Part shown: piece after piece, positions 1 to 12,879 of the stretch | How the letters are laid out: every line of letters begins with the position of its first letter | Numbering within the stretch: the first letter of the stretch is position 1 | From: the human T2T-CHM13v2.0 reference genome, Homo sapiens | Assembly: GCF_009914755.1 (NCBI RefSeq) | Contig: NC_060947.1 | Reading direction: 5' to 3' (one strand) | DNA length: 64,000 nucleotides | Made by a program: the position numbers and the translations under genes | Notes under the pieces: model-generated | Seen by the model: the letters and a program-made list of their open reading frames with translations, nothing else | Database searches by the model: none | What the model was told of the DNA's origin: nothing

Positions 1-268
1 AACTTGCTTGAGCCCAGGAGTTTGAGACCAGCCTGGGCAACATGGTGAAACCCCATCTCTATTAAAAAATAAAAAAAAAAAAAGCTGGATGTTGTGGTGC
101 ACACCTGTAGTCCCAATTACTCAGGAAGCTGAGGTGGGGGCATCACTTGAACCCAGGAAGTCAAGGCTGCAGTAAGCCAAGATAACACCACTGCAATACA
201 GCCTGAGCAATGGAAGTGAGACCCTATCTCAAAAAATAATAAGAAGAAGAAAGAAAAGAAAGAAAAAG
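1..268 (+). mobile_element. AluJ-type SINE, cut by the window start
   Basis: Left-arm end GAGTTTGAGACCAGCCTGGGCAACATGG, A-rich linker, right arm with J-type GTCAAGGCTGCAG, and an A/GAA-rich tail. Confidence 0.93.
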
Positions 269-1959
269 GAATATGTATTTTGCAGCTGTTGGATGAAATG
301 TTCTGTCAATATCTGTTAGGTCCATTTGGTCTATAGTGCAGATTGAGTCCAATATTTCCTTTTTGATTGTCTGTATGGATGATTTGTCCAATGCTGAAAG
401 TGGGCTGTTTGCATTTCCAGCTATTATTGTATTGGGGCCTATCTCTTTCTTCAGCTCTAATATTCACTTTATATATTTGAGTGCTCCAATGCTGGGTGTA
501 CATATATTTAAATTCATTATTAATATATACTCTTACTGAATTGACCACTTTATCATTATATAGTGACCCTCTTTGTCTCTTCTCATAGTTTTGATTTTGA
601 ACTATATTTTATCTTATACAGGTATAGCTACTCCTGTGCTTTTTTGGTGTCCATTGGCATGGAACATCTTTTTCTATTCTTTTGTTTTCAGTCTGCATGT
701 TTCTTCATAGGCTAAGTGTGTTTCTTGTATGTAGCAAATTATTGGGTCTTGGTTTTTTAATCCATTCCGCCACTTCAAGGCTTTTGATTAGAGATTTTAG
801 TCCATTTACATTCAATGTTATTAATAAGTATGGGCTTACTCCCACCATTTTGTTATTTGTTTTCTGGTCGTTTGTTATCTTCTCCTTTTTGTTTCCTTTT
901 TTCCTGCCTTCCTTTTAGGGAAGGTGATTTTCTCTTTTAGATTTTAATTTCCTGATCTTTATTTTTTATGCCTTCATTGAATGTTTTTTGATTCGAGGTT
1001 ACCATGGGGCTTGAAAATTGTATCTTATAATCCATTGTTTTAAGCTGATAACAACTTAAAACTTTTCCATAAACAAACTAGCAAGCAGGAAGAAAACTAA
1101 TAAAGACTCTACACCTTGTCTTCATCTCTCTTCTTCTCAACTTTTTGTTGTTTCTAATTTTTATCACATTGTACTATCTATGCCTTAAAAAGTTGTTGTA
1201 CAGTTACATTGTTGTAATATTCTGTGTTTTTATGTATACTTACCCATGAGTTTTGTATCTTGAGGTGATTTCTCATTGCTCAAAAATGTCTTTTCCTTTC
1301 AGGTGGAAGAACTCCCTTTAGCATTTCTTGCATGGCAGGTCTGGTTTTGATGAAATCCCTGAGCTAATTATTTATTTATTTATTTGTCTGGGGAAGTTTT
1401 TATTTCTTTGTCATATTTGAAGTATATTTTCACAAGATATACTATTCTAGTGTAGAAGTTTTTTTCCTTCAGCATTTTAAATATGTCACCTCATTCTCTC
1501 CTGGCCTGTAAGGCTTCCACTGAAAAGTTTGCTGCCAGATGTATTGGTGCTCCATTGTATGTTATTTGTTTCTTTTCTCTTGCTGCTTTTAGGATCCTTT
1601 CTTTGTCCTTGATCTTTGTAAATTTGATTATTAAATGTATTGAGGTAGTCTTCTGATATGGTTTGGTGCTGTGTTTCCACCCAAATATCACCTTGAATTG
1701 TAATAATCCTCACGTGTCAAGGGCAGGACCAGGTGGAGATAACTAAATTATGGGGGTAGTTTCCCCCATGCTGTTTTTGTGATAGTGAGTGAATTTTTAA
1801 GTGATCTGATTTTTTTATTTCAAAGAATTTGTAATGTATGCATATGTAATAAAACAAGATATAAGCTTGTGACTCCAAAGCAATTTGATTGGTTCTCATG
1901 GATGCCTTACATATATCAAAGTCATTATTCTGGAGTTTGATTGTTCAATATATATTGTA

Positions 1960-2385
1960 TCCCCATCTTCAAGGAACCCACAGTCCAGTAGAGAAAAGAC
2001 AAGTAAATAGATAATTGTAATAAAGTGTGATGAAATACTGAAATATCAATACAAGCTGCTACAGTGCATGTAGGATGGTGTCATAATAGGTCACGGAAGT
2101 AGCAGGAGGGTAGTCAGGGAAAGATGAGTCCTGAAAGCAGAGTAGCGGTTATCCAAGGGAAGAAGGGCATTTCAGAAAGATAGCACAGCATGCACAACAG
2201 CACAAAGGGCCAAAGAGAATGTAATAACTTCTGACAATATTGTACAAACATAGGTTGAGTGTGGAGTGGAATGAAGAGAAAAGGTGGATGAAGTAGTCAG
2301 AGGATGGATCACAAAGGTTCTTTTTGACATTTTAAAAAGTATAGACATTATCCAGTAACTATGGATAGAATTATGACATTCCAAG
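1960..2385 (-). mobile_element. L2 fragment inside the transduced segment
   Basis: Purine-rich antisense L2 3'-region motifs (GGAACCCACAGTCCAGTAGAG; GGGCATTTCAGAAAGATAGCACAGCATGCAC); highly diverged. Confidence 0.7.
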
Positions 2386-2414
2386 GAGCATCACAATTAT
2401 CCAGAATCTTTGAA

Positions 2415-5400
2415 TTTTTTTTAAATTATTTTATTTAATTCAAGTTCTGGGATACATCTGCAAAACGTGCAGGTTTGTTACTTAGGTATCCATGTGCCAT
2501 GGTGGTTTGCTGCACTTATCAACCTGTCATCTAGGTTTTAAGCCCTGCATGCATTAGGCATTTGTCCTAATGGTCTCCCTCCCCTTGTCCCCCAACCCCC
2601 GACAGGCTCTGGTGTGTGATGTTCCCCTCCCTGTGTCCATGTGTCCTCAGTGTTTAACTCCCACTTATGAGCAAGAACATGCGGTAACTGGTTTGTTGGC
2701 CACATAAATGTCTTCTTTTGAGAAGTGTCTGTTCATATCCTTCACCCACTTGTTGATGCGGTTGTCTGGTTTTTTTAAATGTACATTTGTTAAATTTCCT
2801 TGTAGATTCTGGATATTAGACCTTTGTCAGATGGGTAGATTGCAAAAATTTTCTCCCATTCTGTAGGTTGCCTGTTCACTCTGATGATAATTTCTTTTGC
2901 TGTGGAGAAGCTCTTTAGTTTACTTAGATCCCATTTGTCAATTTTGCCTTTTGTTGCAATTGTTTTTGGTGTTTTAGTCATTAAGTGTTTGCCAATGCCT
3001 ATGTCCTGAATGGTATGGCCTAGGTTTTCTTCTAGTGTTTTTGGGTTTGGGGTTTTACATTTAAGTCTTTAATCCACCTCGAGTTAATTTTTGTATAAGG
3101 TGTAAGGAAGGGGTCCAGTTTCCATTTTCTGCATATGACTAGCCAGTTTTCCTAGCACCATTTATTAAATAAGGAATACTTTCACAATTGCTTGTTTTTG
3201 TCAGGTTTGTTGAAGACCAGATGGTTATAGATGTGTGGTGTTACTTCTGAGGTTGGTCTTCTGTTTCATTGGTCTATATATCTGTTTTGGTACCAGTACC
3301 ATGCTGTTTTGGTTACTGTAGCCTTGTAATATAGCTTCAAGTCAGATAGTGTGATGCCTTCAGCTTTGTTCTATTGCTTAGGATTGTCTTGGCTATACGA
3401 GCTCTTTTTTCTCTTTATTGGTTCCACATGAAATTTAAAGTCATTTTTTCTAATTCTGTGAAGAAAATCAATGGTAGATTAATGAGAATAGCATTGAATC
3501 TATAAATTACTTTGGGCAGTGTGGCCACTTTCACAATACTGATTCTTCCTACCCATGAGCATGGAATTTTTTTTTCCATTTGTTTGTGTCCTCTCTTATT
3601 TCCTTGAGCAGTGGCTTATATTTTCTCTTGAAGAGGGTTTTCACCTCCCTTGTAAGTCGTATTCTCAGGTATTTTATTCTCTTTGTAACAATTGTGAATG
3701 GGAGTTCACTCATGATTTTGCTCTCTGCTTGTCTATTGTTTGTGTATAGAATTGCTTGTCATTTTTGCCCATTGATTTTGTATCCTGAGACTTTGCTGAA
3801 GTTGCTTATTAGCTTAAGGAGTTTTGGGGCTGAGACGATGGGGTTTTCTAAATATAAAATCATGTCATCTGCAAACAGGGACAATTTGACTTCCTGTCTT
3901 CCTATTTGAATACACTTTATTTCTTTCTCTGGCTTGATTGCCCTGGCAAGAACTTCCAATACTATGTTGAATAGGAGTGGTAAGAGAGGGCAACCTTTTC
4001 TTGTGCCAGTTTTCAAAGGGAATCCTTTCAGCTTTTGCCCATTCAGTATGATATTGGCTTATGGGTTTGTCAAAAATGGTTCTTATTATTTTGAGATATG
4101 TTCCATCAATACCTAGTTTATTGAGAGTTATTGAATGAAGAAATGTTGAATTTTATTGAAGGCCTTTTCTGCATCTATTGAGATAATCATGTGTTTTTTG
4201 TCATTGGTTCTGTTTCTGTGATGGATTATGTTTATTAATTTGCATATGTTGAACCAGCCTTGCATCCCAGGGATAAAGCCAACTTGATCGTGGTGGATAA
4301 GCTTTTTGATGTGCTGCTGGATTCAATTTACCAATATTTTATTCAGGATTTTCACATTGGTGTTTATAAGGGATATTGGCTTGAAATTTTCTTTTCTTGT
4401 TGTGTCTCTGCCAGGTTTTGGTATCAGGATGATGCTGGCCTCATGAATGAGTTAGGGAGGAGTCCCTTCTTTTCAATTGTTTGGAGTAGTTTCAGAAGGA
4501 ATGGTACCAGCTTTTCTTTGGACCTCTGGTGGGATTCGGCTGTGAATCTGTCTGGTCCTGGACTTTTTTTTTTTTGGTTGGCAGGCTATTAATTACTGCC
4601 TTAATTTCAGAACTTGTTATTGGTCTATTTAGGGTTCGACTTCTTCCTGGTTTAGTCTTGGGAGGGTGTCTGTGTCCAGGAATTTCTCCATTTCTTCTAG
4701 ATTTTCTAGCTTATTTGCATAGAGGTGTTTATAGTGTTCTCTGATGATAGTTGGTATTTCTGTGAGATCAGTGGTGATATCCCGCTTATCATTTTTTATT
4801 GTGTCTATTTGAGTCTTCTCTCTTTTCTTCTTTATTAGTTTAGCTAGTAGTCTATCTATTTTTTTCATCTTTTCAAGAAACCACCTTCTGGATTCATTGA
4901 TTTTTTGAAGGGTTTTTCGTGTCTCTTTGTCCTTCAGTTCTGCTGTAATTTTAGTTATTTCTTGTCTTCTTTTGAGTTTGTTTGTTCTTGCTTCTCTAGT
5001 TCTTTTAATTGTGATGTTTGGGTGCTGACTTAAGATCTTTCCATCTTTCTGATGTGGGCATTTAGTGCTATAAATTTCCCTCTAAACACTGCCTTAGCTA
5101 TGTCCCATAGATTCTGATACATTGTGTCTTTTCTCTCATTGGTTTCAAATAACTTATTTATTTCTGCTTTAATTTCGTTATTTACCCAAAAGTGTTTCTG
5201 GAGCAGATTGTTCAATTTCCATGTAGTTGTGTGGTTTTGAGTGAGTTTCTTAATCCTGAGTTCTATTTAGATTGCAATGTGGTCTGAGAGACTGTTTGTT
5301 TTGATTTCTGTTTTTTTTTTTTGTATTTGCTAATGAGTGTTTTCCTTCCAATTATGTGGTCGATTTTAGAATACGTGCCATGTGGTCCTGAGAAGAATTA

Positions 5401-8349
5401 TATTCTGTTGATTTGGGCTGGAGAGTTCTGTAGATGTCTATTAGGTCTGCTTGGTCCAGGGCTGAGTTCAAGTCCTGAATATCCTTGTTAAATTTCTGTC
5501 TTGTTGATCTTCTATTATTGACAGTGGGGTGTTACAATCTCCTACTTTTATTTTGTGGGAGTCTATGTCTCTTTGTACATCTCTAAGAACTTGTTTCATG
5601 AATCTGGGTGCTCCTGTATTGAGTGCATATATATTTAGGATAGTTAGCTCTTCTTGTTGCATTGATTCCTTTACCATTATGTAACGACTTTCTTTGTCTT
5701 TTTTGATGTTTTTTATGGCTTAAAGTCTGTTTTATCAGAGACTAGGATTGCAATCCCTGCCATTTTTGCTTTCCATTTGTGTGGTAAATACTCCTCCATC
5801 CATTTGTCTTTATCCTGTGTGTGTCTTTGCACATGAGATGGGTCTCCCAAATATAGCACACAGATGGTTCTTGACTCTTTACTCAATTTGCTAGCGTGTG
5901 CTTCTAACTGGGACATTTAGCCAATTTACATTTAAGGTTAATATTGTTATGTGTCATTTTGATCCTGTCATCATGATGCTAGCTGGTTATTTTGCACAGA
6001 GTTGATGCAGTTTCTTCATAGTGTCATTGGTCTTTGTATTTTGGTGTGTTTTTGCAGTGGCTAGTACTGGTTTTTCCTTTCCATATTTAGTGCTTCCTTC
6101 AGGAGTTCTTGTAAGGCAGGCCTGTTGGTGACAAAATCTGTCAGCATTTGGTTGTCTGTAAAGGATTTTATTTCTCCTTTGCTTATGAAGCTTAGTTTGG
6201 CTGGATATGAAATTCTGGGTTGAAAATTTTTTTCTTTAAGAATGCTGCATATTGACCCCCATTCTCTTCTGGCTTGTAGGGTTTCTGCAGAGAGATCCGC
6301 TGTTAGTCTGATGGACTTCCCTTTGTAGGTAACCAGACCTTTCTCTCTGGCTGCCCTGAACTTTTTTCCTTCATTTCAACCTTGGAGAATCTGACAATTA
6401 TGTGTTTTGGGGTTGCTCTTATCTAGGAGTATCTTACTGGTGTTCTCTGTACTTCCTGAATTTGAATGTCGATCTGACTTGCTAGGTTGAGGAAGTTCTC
6501 CTGGGTAATATATTGAAGTGTGTTTTCCAACTTGGTTCCATTCTCCCTGTCACTTTCAGGTACGCCAGGCAATCATATGTTTGGTCTTTTCACATCGTCC
6601 CATATTTCTTGTTGGCTTTGTTCATTCCTTTACATTCTTTTTTCTCTAATCTTGTCTTATTTCAGTAAGTTGATCTTCAATCTCTGATATCCTTTCTTCT
6701 GCTTGATCGATTCAGCTATTAATACTTGCGTATGCTTCACGAAGTTCTCATGCTGTGTTTTTCAGCTCCATCAGTTCATTTATGTTCCTCTCTAAGCTGG
6801 TTATTCTAGTTAGCAGTTCCTGTAACCTTTTATCAAGGTTCTTAGCTTCCTTGCATTAGGTTAGAATATGCTCCTTAAGGTCGGAGGAGATTATTACTCA
6901 GCTTCTGAAGCCTACTTCTGTCAATTCATCAATCTCATTCTCCACCCAGTTTTGTGCCCTTGCTGGAGAGAAGTTGCAATCATTTGGAGGAAAAGAGGTA
7001 TTCTGGTTTTTGGAATTTTCAGCGTTTTTGCACTGGTTTTTCCTCATCTTTGTGGATTTATCTACCTTTGATCTTTGAGGCAGATGACCTTTGGATGGGG
7101 TTTTTGGATGGAAGTCCTTTATGTTGATGTTAATGTTATTGCTTTCTGTTTGTTAGTTTTTCTTTTAACAGTCAGGCCCCTCTTCTGCAGGTCTGCTACA
7201 ATTTGCTGGAGGACCACACCAAACCATGTTCACCTGGGTATCACCGGTGGAGGCTGTAGAACAGCAAAGATTGCTGCCTGCTCCTTCCTCTGGAAGCTTC
7301 ATCCCAGAGGGGCACCAGCCTGATGCTAGCCAGAGCTCTACTGTATGAAGGGTGAGGCACGGGGGTCAGGGACCCACTTGAGGAGGCAGTCTGCCCTTAA
7401 CAGACCTTGAGCACTATGCTGGGAGAATCCCTCTGGACAGGATCAGCTGCTCTCTTCAGAGCTGACAGGCAGAAACAATAAAATGCACTAAAGCTGCTCC
7501 CATAGCTACCCCTTCCCCCAGGTGCTCTGTTTCAGGGAGATGGGGGTTTTGTCTGTGAGCCCCTGACTGGGGCTGTTACGTTTCCTTCAGAGATGCCCTG
7601 CTTAGTGAGGAGGAATCCAGAGAAGCAGTCTGGCCACAGCCGCTTTGCCACACTGTGCTGAATTTGCCCAGTCCACACCTCCCAGCCTCCTTAGCACTGC
7701 CAGAGGAAAGCCGCCTACTCAAGCCTCAGTAATGGTGGACGCCCCTCCCCTCACCAAGCTCCAGTGTCCCAGGTTGACTTCAGACTGCTGCGCTGGCAGC
7801 AAGAATTTCAAGCCAATGGATCTTAGCTTGCTGGGCTCCATGGGGATGGGATCCGCTGAGCTATACCACTTGGCTCCCTGGCTTCAGCCCCCTTTCCATG
7901 GGACTGAACGGTTCTGTCTCACTCGGGTTCCAGGTGCCACTGGGGTATGAAAAAAAAATCCTGCAGCTAGCTTGGTGTCTGTCCAAACAGCTGCCCAGTT
8001 TTGTGCTCAAAACCCAGGCCCCTGGTGGTGTAGGCACACGAGGAAATCTCCTGATCTGCAGTTGCAAAAACTGTGGGGAAAGTACAGTAACCCGGCTGGG
8101 TAGCACAGTCCCTCAGGGCTTCACTTGGCTGGGGGAGGAAGGTCCCCCAGCTTCTTGTACTTCTCTAGTGAAGCAGCACCCCACCCTGCTTCTGCTTGCC
8201 CTCTGTGGGTTGGACCCACTGCATAACCAGTCCCAATGAGATAAACTGGGTATCTCAGTTGGAAATGCAGAAATCACCCTCCTTCTCGGTTGGTCTCACT
8301 GGGAGCTGGAGAACAGAGCTGTTGCTATTCGGCCATCTTGGCCCCTCTC
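2415..8349 (-). mobile_element. Full-length L1PA8-like LINE-1, ORFs disrupted, ~0.5-kb deletion near the 3' end
   Basis: PolyT at 2415-2438; 3'UTR CTAGGTTTTAAGCCCTGCATGCATTAGG; RT motif [16 protein letters not shown] (ORF 3759-4016); EN and ORF1 fragments; 5' end GGGGCCAAGATGGCCGAATAG on the minus strand. Confidence 0.95.
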
Positions 8350-9487
8350 AGTATGATGGTTTTTTAAGGGGCTTCCCTCTTTGCTTGGCACTTATTCTCC
8401 CTCCTGCTGCCCTGTGAAGAGGTGCCTTCTGCCATCATTGTAAGTTTCCTGAGATTTCCCCAGTGATGTGAAACTGTGAGCCAATTAAACCTCTTTTCTT
8501 TATAAATTACCCAGTTATGGGTAGTTCTTCATAGCAGCATGAGAACGGAATAACACATCTTCTTTGGGTTAAATCTGCTTGGTGTTCTATAACCTTCCTT
8601 TATTTGGATATTGATATATCTCTCTAGGTTTGGGAAGTTATCTGTTATTACCCCTTTGAATAAACTTTCTATCCACATCTCTTTGTCTACCTTGTTTTTA
8701 AGGCCAGTAACTCTTAGATTTGCTTTTTTGAGACTATTTTTTCTTGATTCTATAAGCGTGCTTCACTGTATTTTATTCTTTATTCTTTCATCTCCTCTGA
8801 CTGTGTATTGTCAAATAGCCTGTTTTAAAGCTCACTAATAATTTTTTTCTGCTTGATCAATTCTTCTATTAAAAGACTCTGATTCATTTTTTAGTATACC
8901 AGTTGCAGATTTCAGCTCCAGAATATCTGCTCGATTTTTAAAATTTAAAAAATTTTAAATAATTTTAAAAATTATTTCAATCTCTTTGTTAACTTTGTAT
9001 GCTAGAATTCTGAATTCCTTCTCTGTGTTATCTTGAATTTCTTTGAGTTTCCTCAACACAGTTGTTTAAAATTCTGTCTGAAAGTTCACATATCTGTGTT
9101 TCTCCAGGACTGGTCCCTGCAGGCTCTTTTAGTTAATTTAGTGAGTTCATGTTTTCCTGGATGGTTGTGATACTTTAAAATGTTTGTCTGTGTCTGGGCA
9201 TTGAATAATTATTTATTTATTGTATTCTTCTCAATCTGTGCTTGTTTGTATTCATCCTTCTTGGAAGACTTTCAAGATATTCAAAAGGACTTAGGTAATG
9301 TGATCTAAGCTGTATCTGCTTTAGGGTACACCCCAACCCCAGTAATGCTGTGGTTCTTGCAGACACATAGAGGTAACATCTCAATGATCTTTGACAATAT
9401 CCAGGAGAATTATCTGGGTTACCAAGCAGAGACTCTTTTTTTCTTTCTCTACTTTCTCCCAAAGAAACAAAAGTCTCTCTATTCTGA

Positions 9488-9537
9488 GTCACTCCACCAC
9501 CAGGTGACTATTCTGAGTCACCTGGTGGTGGAGTGAC
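9488..9537. repeat. Perfect 22-bp inverted repeat with 6-nt loop
   Basis: GTCACTCCACCACCAGGTGACT-ATTCTG-AGTCACCTGGTGGTGGAGTGAC. Confidence 0.97.
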
Positions 9538-11264
9538 ATAAGCATCCCTGTTGCCACCACCACTAGGACTGCACTGAGTCAGACCTGAAGCCAGCACAGC
9601 ACTGGTCTCACCCAAGAGTTGCTGTAACCACTGCCTGGCTCCTGCCTATGTTCACTCAAGGCCCTAAGACTCTACGATCAGCAGGTGGCAAAGCCACCCA
9701 AGTGTATGTCCTTCCTTTCAGGGTGGTGAGTTCCCCCGAACTCTGGGTGGGTCCAGAGGTACCATCTGAGAGTCAGGGACTAGAGTCAAATACCATAGAA
9801 GTCTACTGGGTGTTCTATTGTACTGCAGCGGAGCTGCCACTCAAACCATGAGACACAGTCCTCTCCACTCTTTTCTCACCTTTTCAAAAGCAGAGGAGCC
9901 TCTCCCCATGGGCACTGCCCCCACAGGCCCATGAGAAGTACTGCCAGACTACTGCTGATGTTTCTTTAAGGCCCAAGGCTCCTCAGTCAGCTGTAGCAAA
10001 TAGTGCCTGGCCTAAGACTTTACCCATTAGGGTGGTTGGCTCCCCTCTTGCTCAGGGCAGGTTCAAAAATACTATCGAAGAGTCAAGTCCCGGAATTGGA
10101 GAACCCAAGAGCCCACTGGGTTCTCCATCCCTCTGTGGCCGAGCTGGTATCTAAGGCACAAGACAAAGTCCCTTTTACATTTCCTTCCACTTTTCTCAAG
10201 CAGCACTCTTGCCCCATAGCCACCACAGCTGGGAATGTGCTGAGTCTTACGTTGAACCAGCATGTCTCAGTGTCTCAAACCACAAGACAAAGTCCTTGAC
10301 ATAGCACCTGGCCCAAGGCCCTTTGTCATAGTACCTGGGTATCACTGATGGTTATTTGGGGTCCAAGGGCTCTTTAAGTAACAGGTGATGAATCCTGCCA
10401 GGACTTGGTCCTTTCCTCCAAGGCACTGGGCTCCCTTCTGTCCAAGAGTGTATCTAGAAAGGTCGACCAGGAGCTAGGGCCAGGAAAGAGGCTTCACAAC
10501 TCTAATCCATGCCCTATCCTGCTGTGGCTGAGCTTGTATCCAAAATGCAAGACAAAGTTCTCCCCACTTTTTCCTTTCCTCTCTTCAAACAGAAGGAAGA
10601 GGTCTCTTTTGAAGCCATGAGCTGTGAAGCCTGGTGTGATGTGAAGGGTGTTGCCTGTACTCCCTCAGCTGTCTCAGCTGGTGTCTCAGTAGGCCTCATG
10701 CTTTCTAGTCCACTGTCTCTGGGCCCAGTTCAGCACTAGGGCTCACCTAAAAATTTCAGTCCCTGTGCCCTAGACTGCCTTTCAAGTTTATTTTGGGCCC
10801 CAGAGCATTTTATCCCATGGTGGCAAGGCTTGTAAGAACTCAAGTTCCAACCGCTGTGCTCGGCCATTCCCCTCTGGCTATGGCTATTGTAAATGCTCCC
10901 TTGTGGCTGGATGTCAGCTGAGTTTGGTCTAATTTTACTTTTGGCCATAATAGGGCAGCACTGAGTTCAGTGTCTCACAATTGCTGTGCTCTACATCTAC
11001 CCAGCACACAGTAACACTCTCTGCATCATGCTGCAGCTGCTGGAAGATGGGGGAGGGGTGGCATTGGTAATACAAGACTGTTTTCCTACCTCTTTAGTGC
11101 CTCTTTTAGCAATATAAAGTTAAAAGCAGGTACTGTGAGTGCTCAACCAATTTTTGATTCTTATGAAGGTGCTTTTTGTGTGTAGATAGTTGTTGAATTA
11201 GTGTACTTGTGGGGGAGGTCAAATTAGTGGAATCTTCTATTGCGCCATCTTGCTACACTCTCTC

Positions 11265-12860
11265 AGTACTCCATTTCTTAATAGCTGAGTAATATGCCAT
11301 TGTATGGATACGGACATCGTTTTAATTCATTCATCACTTTATGAACGTGTGTTGTTTACACCTTTTGGTTATTGTGCATAATGGTGCTGTATAAATTTGT
11401 TTACAAATGTTTGAACATTTGTTTTTAGTTCTTTTGAGTATATATCTAGGAGTGGAACTGCTGGGTCATGTAGTATTTGTATGTTTAACTTTTTGAGAAA
11501 TCACCAAATGGTTTTTCATAGTAGCTGCACCTTTTTACATTTTTACCAGCAATGTATGAGGGGTCCAATGTCCTACATAGTCATAAACACTAACATCTTC
11601 TCCTCCTCCTTCTCCTCCCCTCCCTCCTTCCCCTCTTCCTCTTCTTCTTTTTATTGCTGATGTTATTATTATTATTGTCATCTTAGTGTGGGTAAAGTGG
11701 TATCTCATTGTGCTTTTTTTTTGCATTTCTTTAATAACCAGTGATGCTGAGAAACCTCTTGTGTGCTTGTGGGCCATTTGTAAATCTTCTTTGGAGAAAT
11801 GTCTATTCAAGTCTGTTGACATGTTTATATTGGGTTGTTTGTCATTCTGTTGTTGAGTTGTAAGTGTCTTTTATATAGTCTGGATACTAGATCCTTATCA
11901 AATACATGATTTGTAAATATTTTCTTCCATTGTATGGGCTGTCTTTTTATTCTCTTGGTTATATCATTTGATACACAAATGTTTGTTAATTTTGGTGAAG
12001 TCTAAGTTATCTGTATTTTAAATTGCTTGTGCTTTTAGTGTCATTCCTAAGAAACCATTGCCAAATCCAGGACCCAAGATTTACCCCTATGATTTCTTCT
12101 AACAGTTTGGTGTTTTTAGCTCTTATATTCAGGTCTTTTTTCTATGATGAATAAATTTTTGTATATAGTGTGAGGTAAGAGTCCATTTTCATCCTTTTGC
12201 CTATGGCCATCAATTTGTCTCAACATAATTTGTTGCAGAGACAATTCTTTCTTCATTGAATGATCTTGTCTCCCTTACTGAAGATCAATCAACCATACAT
12301 TTGAGGGTTTATTTCTATAATCTCTATTTTATTCTATTAATATATATGTGTATATTTATGCCAGTAATACACTGTTTTGATTACTATAGCTTGTAATGAG
12401 TTTTGAAATGGGGAAGTGTGAGTTTTCCAATTTTCTTTTTCTCAAGGTTGTTTGGTTATTTGGGTCCCTGGAAATACCATTATGAATTTTGGTGTCAACC
12501 TTTCCATTTCTACAAAAAAAGTTGTTGAGATATTTATAGCTATTGCATTAAATTTGTAGGTTACTTTGGGGAGTATTACTGTCTTAACAATATTAAATCT
12601 TCTAATCTGTGAGCAAAGAATGACTTATTTATTTAGTTTATCCTTAATTTCCTTCAGCAATATTTTGTAATGTTTAATGTACAAACCTTCTGTCTCCTTA
12701 GTTAAATTTATTTCTATGCATTTTATTATTTTGATGCTATGGTAAGTTGAATTATTTTATTAATTTTCTTTTCAGATTGTTCATTTTTAGTGTATGAAAA
12801 TATAACTAATTTTTATGTGTTGCTCTTGTACCATATAACTTCAATGCATTCCATTTGTGT
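11265..12860 (-). mobile_element. L1MB/MC-type ORF2 3' region
   Basis: ORF2 C-terminal [17 protein letters not shown] (ORF 11535-11822); diverged L1 antisense sequence throughout. Confidence 0.85.
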
Positions 12861-12879
12861 TTTTTAAAAAAATCTGTTT

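Larger units (their letters stand above)
1654..8557 (+). mobile_element. THE1 (C-like) MaLR solo LTR, split into 1654-~1816 and ~8350-8557
   Basis: TGATATGGTTTGG start and ...AATAACACA end; 5-bp TSD TCTTC at 1649-1653 and 8558-8562. Confidence 0.92.
269..11264 (-). mobile_element. Old L1MA-type LINE-1 (ORF2 start, inter-ORF, ORF1, long 5'UTR), interrupted at 1654-8557
   Basis: ORF1p-like KDKERILKAAREKKQITYNGAPIHLAANFSVEALQARRE (ORF 1491-1691); sequence resumes at 8558; 5' terminus reads GCAAGATGGCGCAATAGAAG on the minus strand at ~11235-11254. Confidence 0.9.

Noticed and set aside
2415-8349. Full-length L1 as a potentially active element
   Set aside because: Both ORFs are broken into fragments under ~90 aa, the ORF2 end is deleted and the 5'UTR is CpG-depleted.
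8935-8977. AT-only quasi-palindrome
   Set aside because: Low-complexity A/T slippage within L1; self-complementarity is expected by chance.
9640-10620. Recurrent ~300-bp units (CCCAAGG..., CAAGACAAAGT), also at 33600-34600 and 53400-53700, as a novel or CRISPR-like array
   Set aside because: These are degenerate internal repeats shared by all three L1MA 5'UTRs. There is no constant repeat with unique spacers, and the context is eukaryotic.
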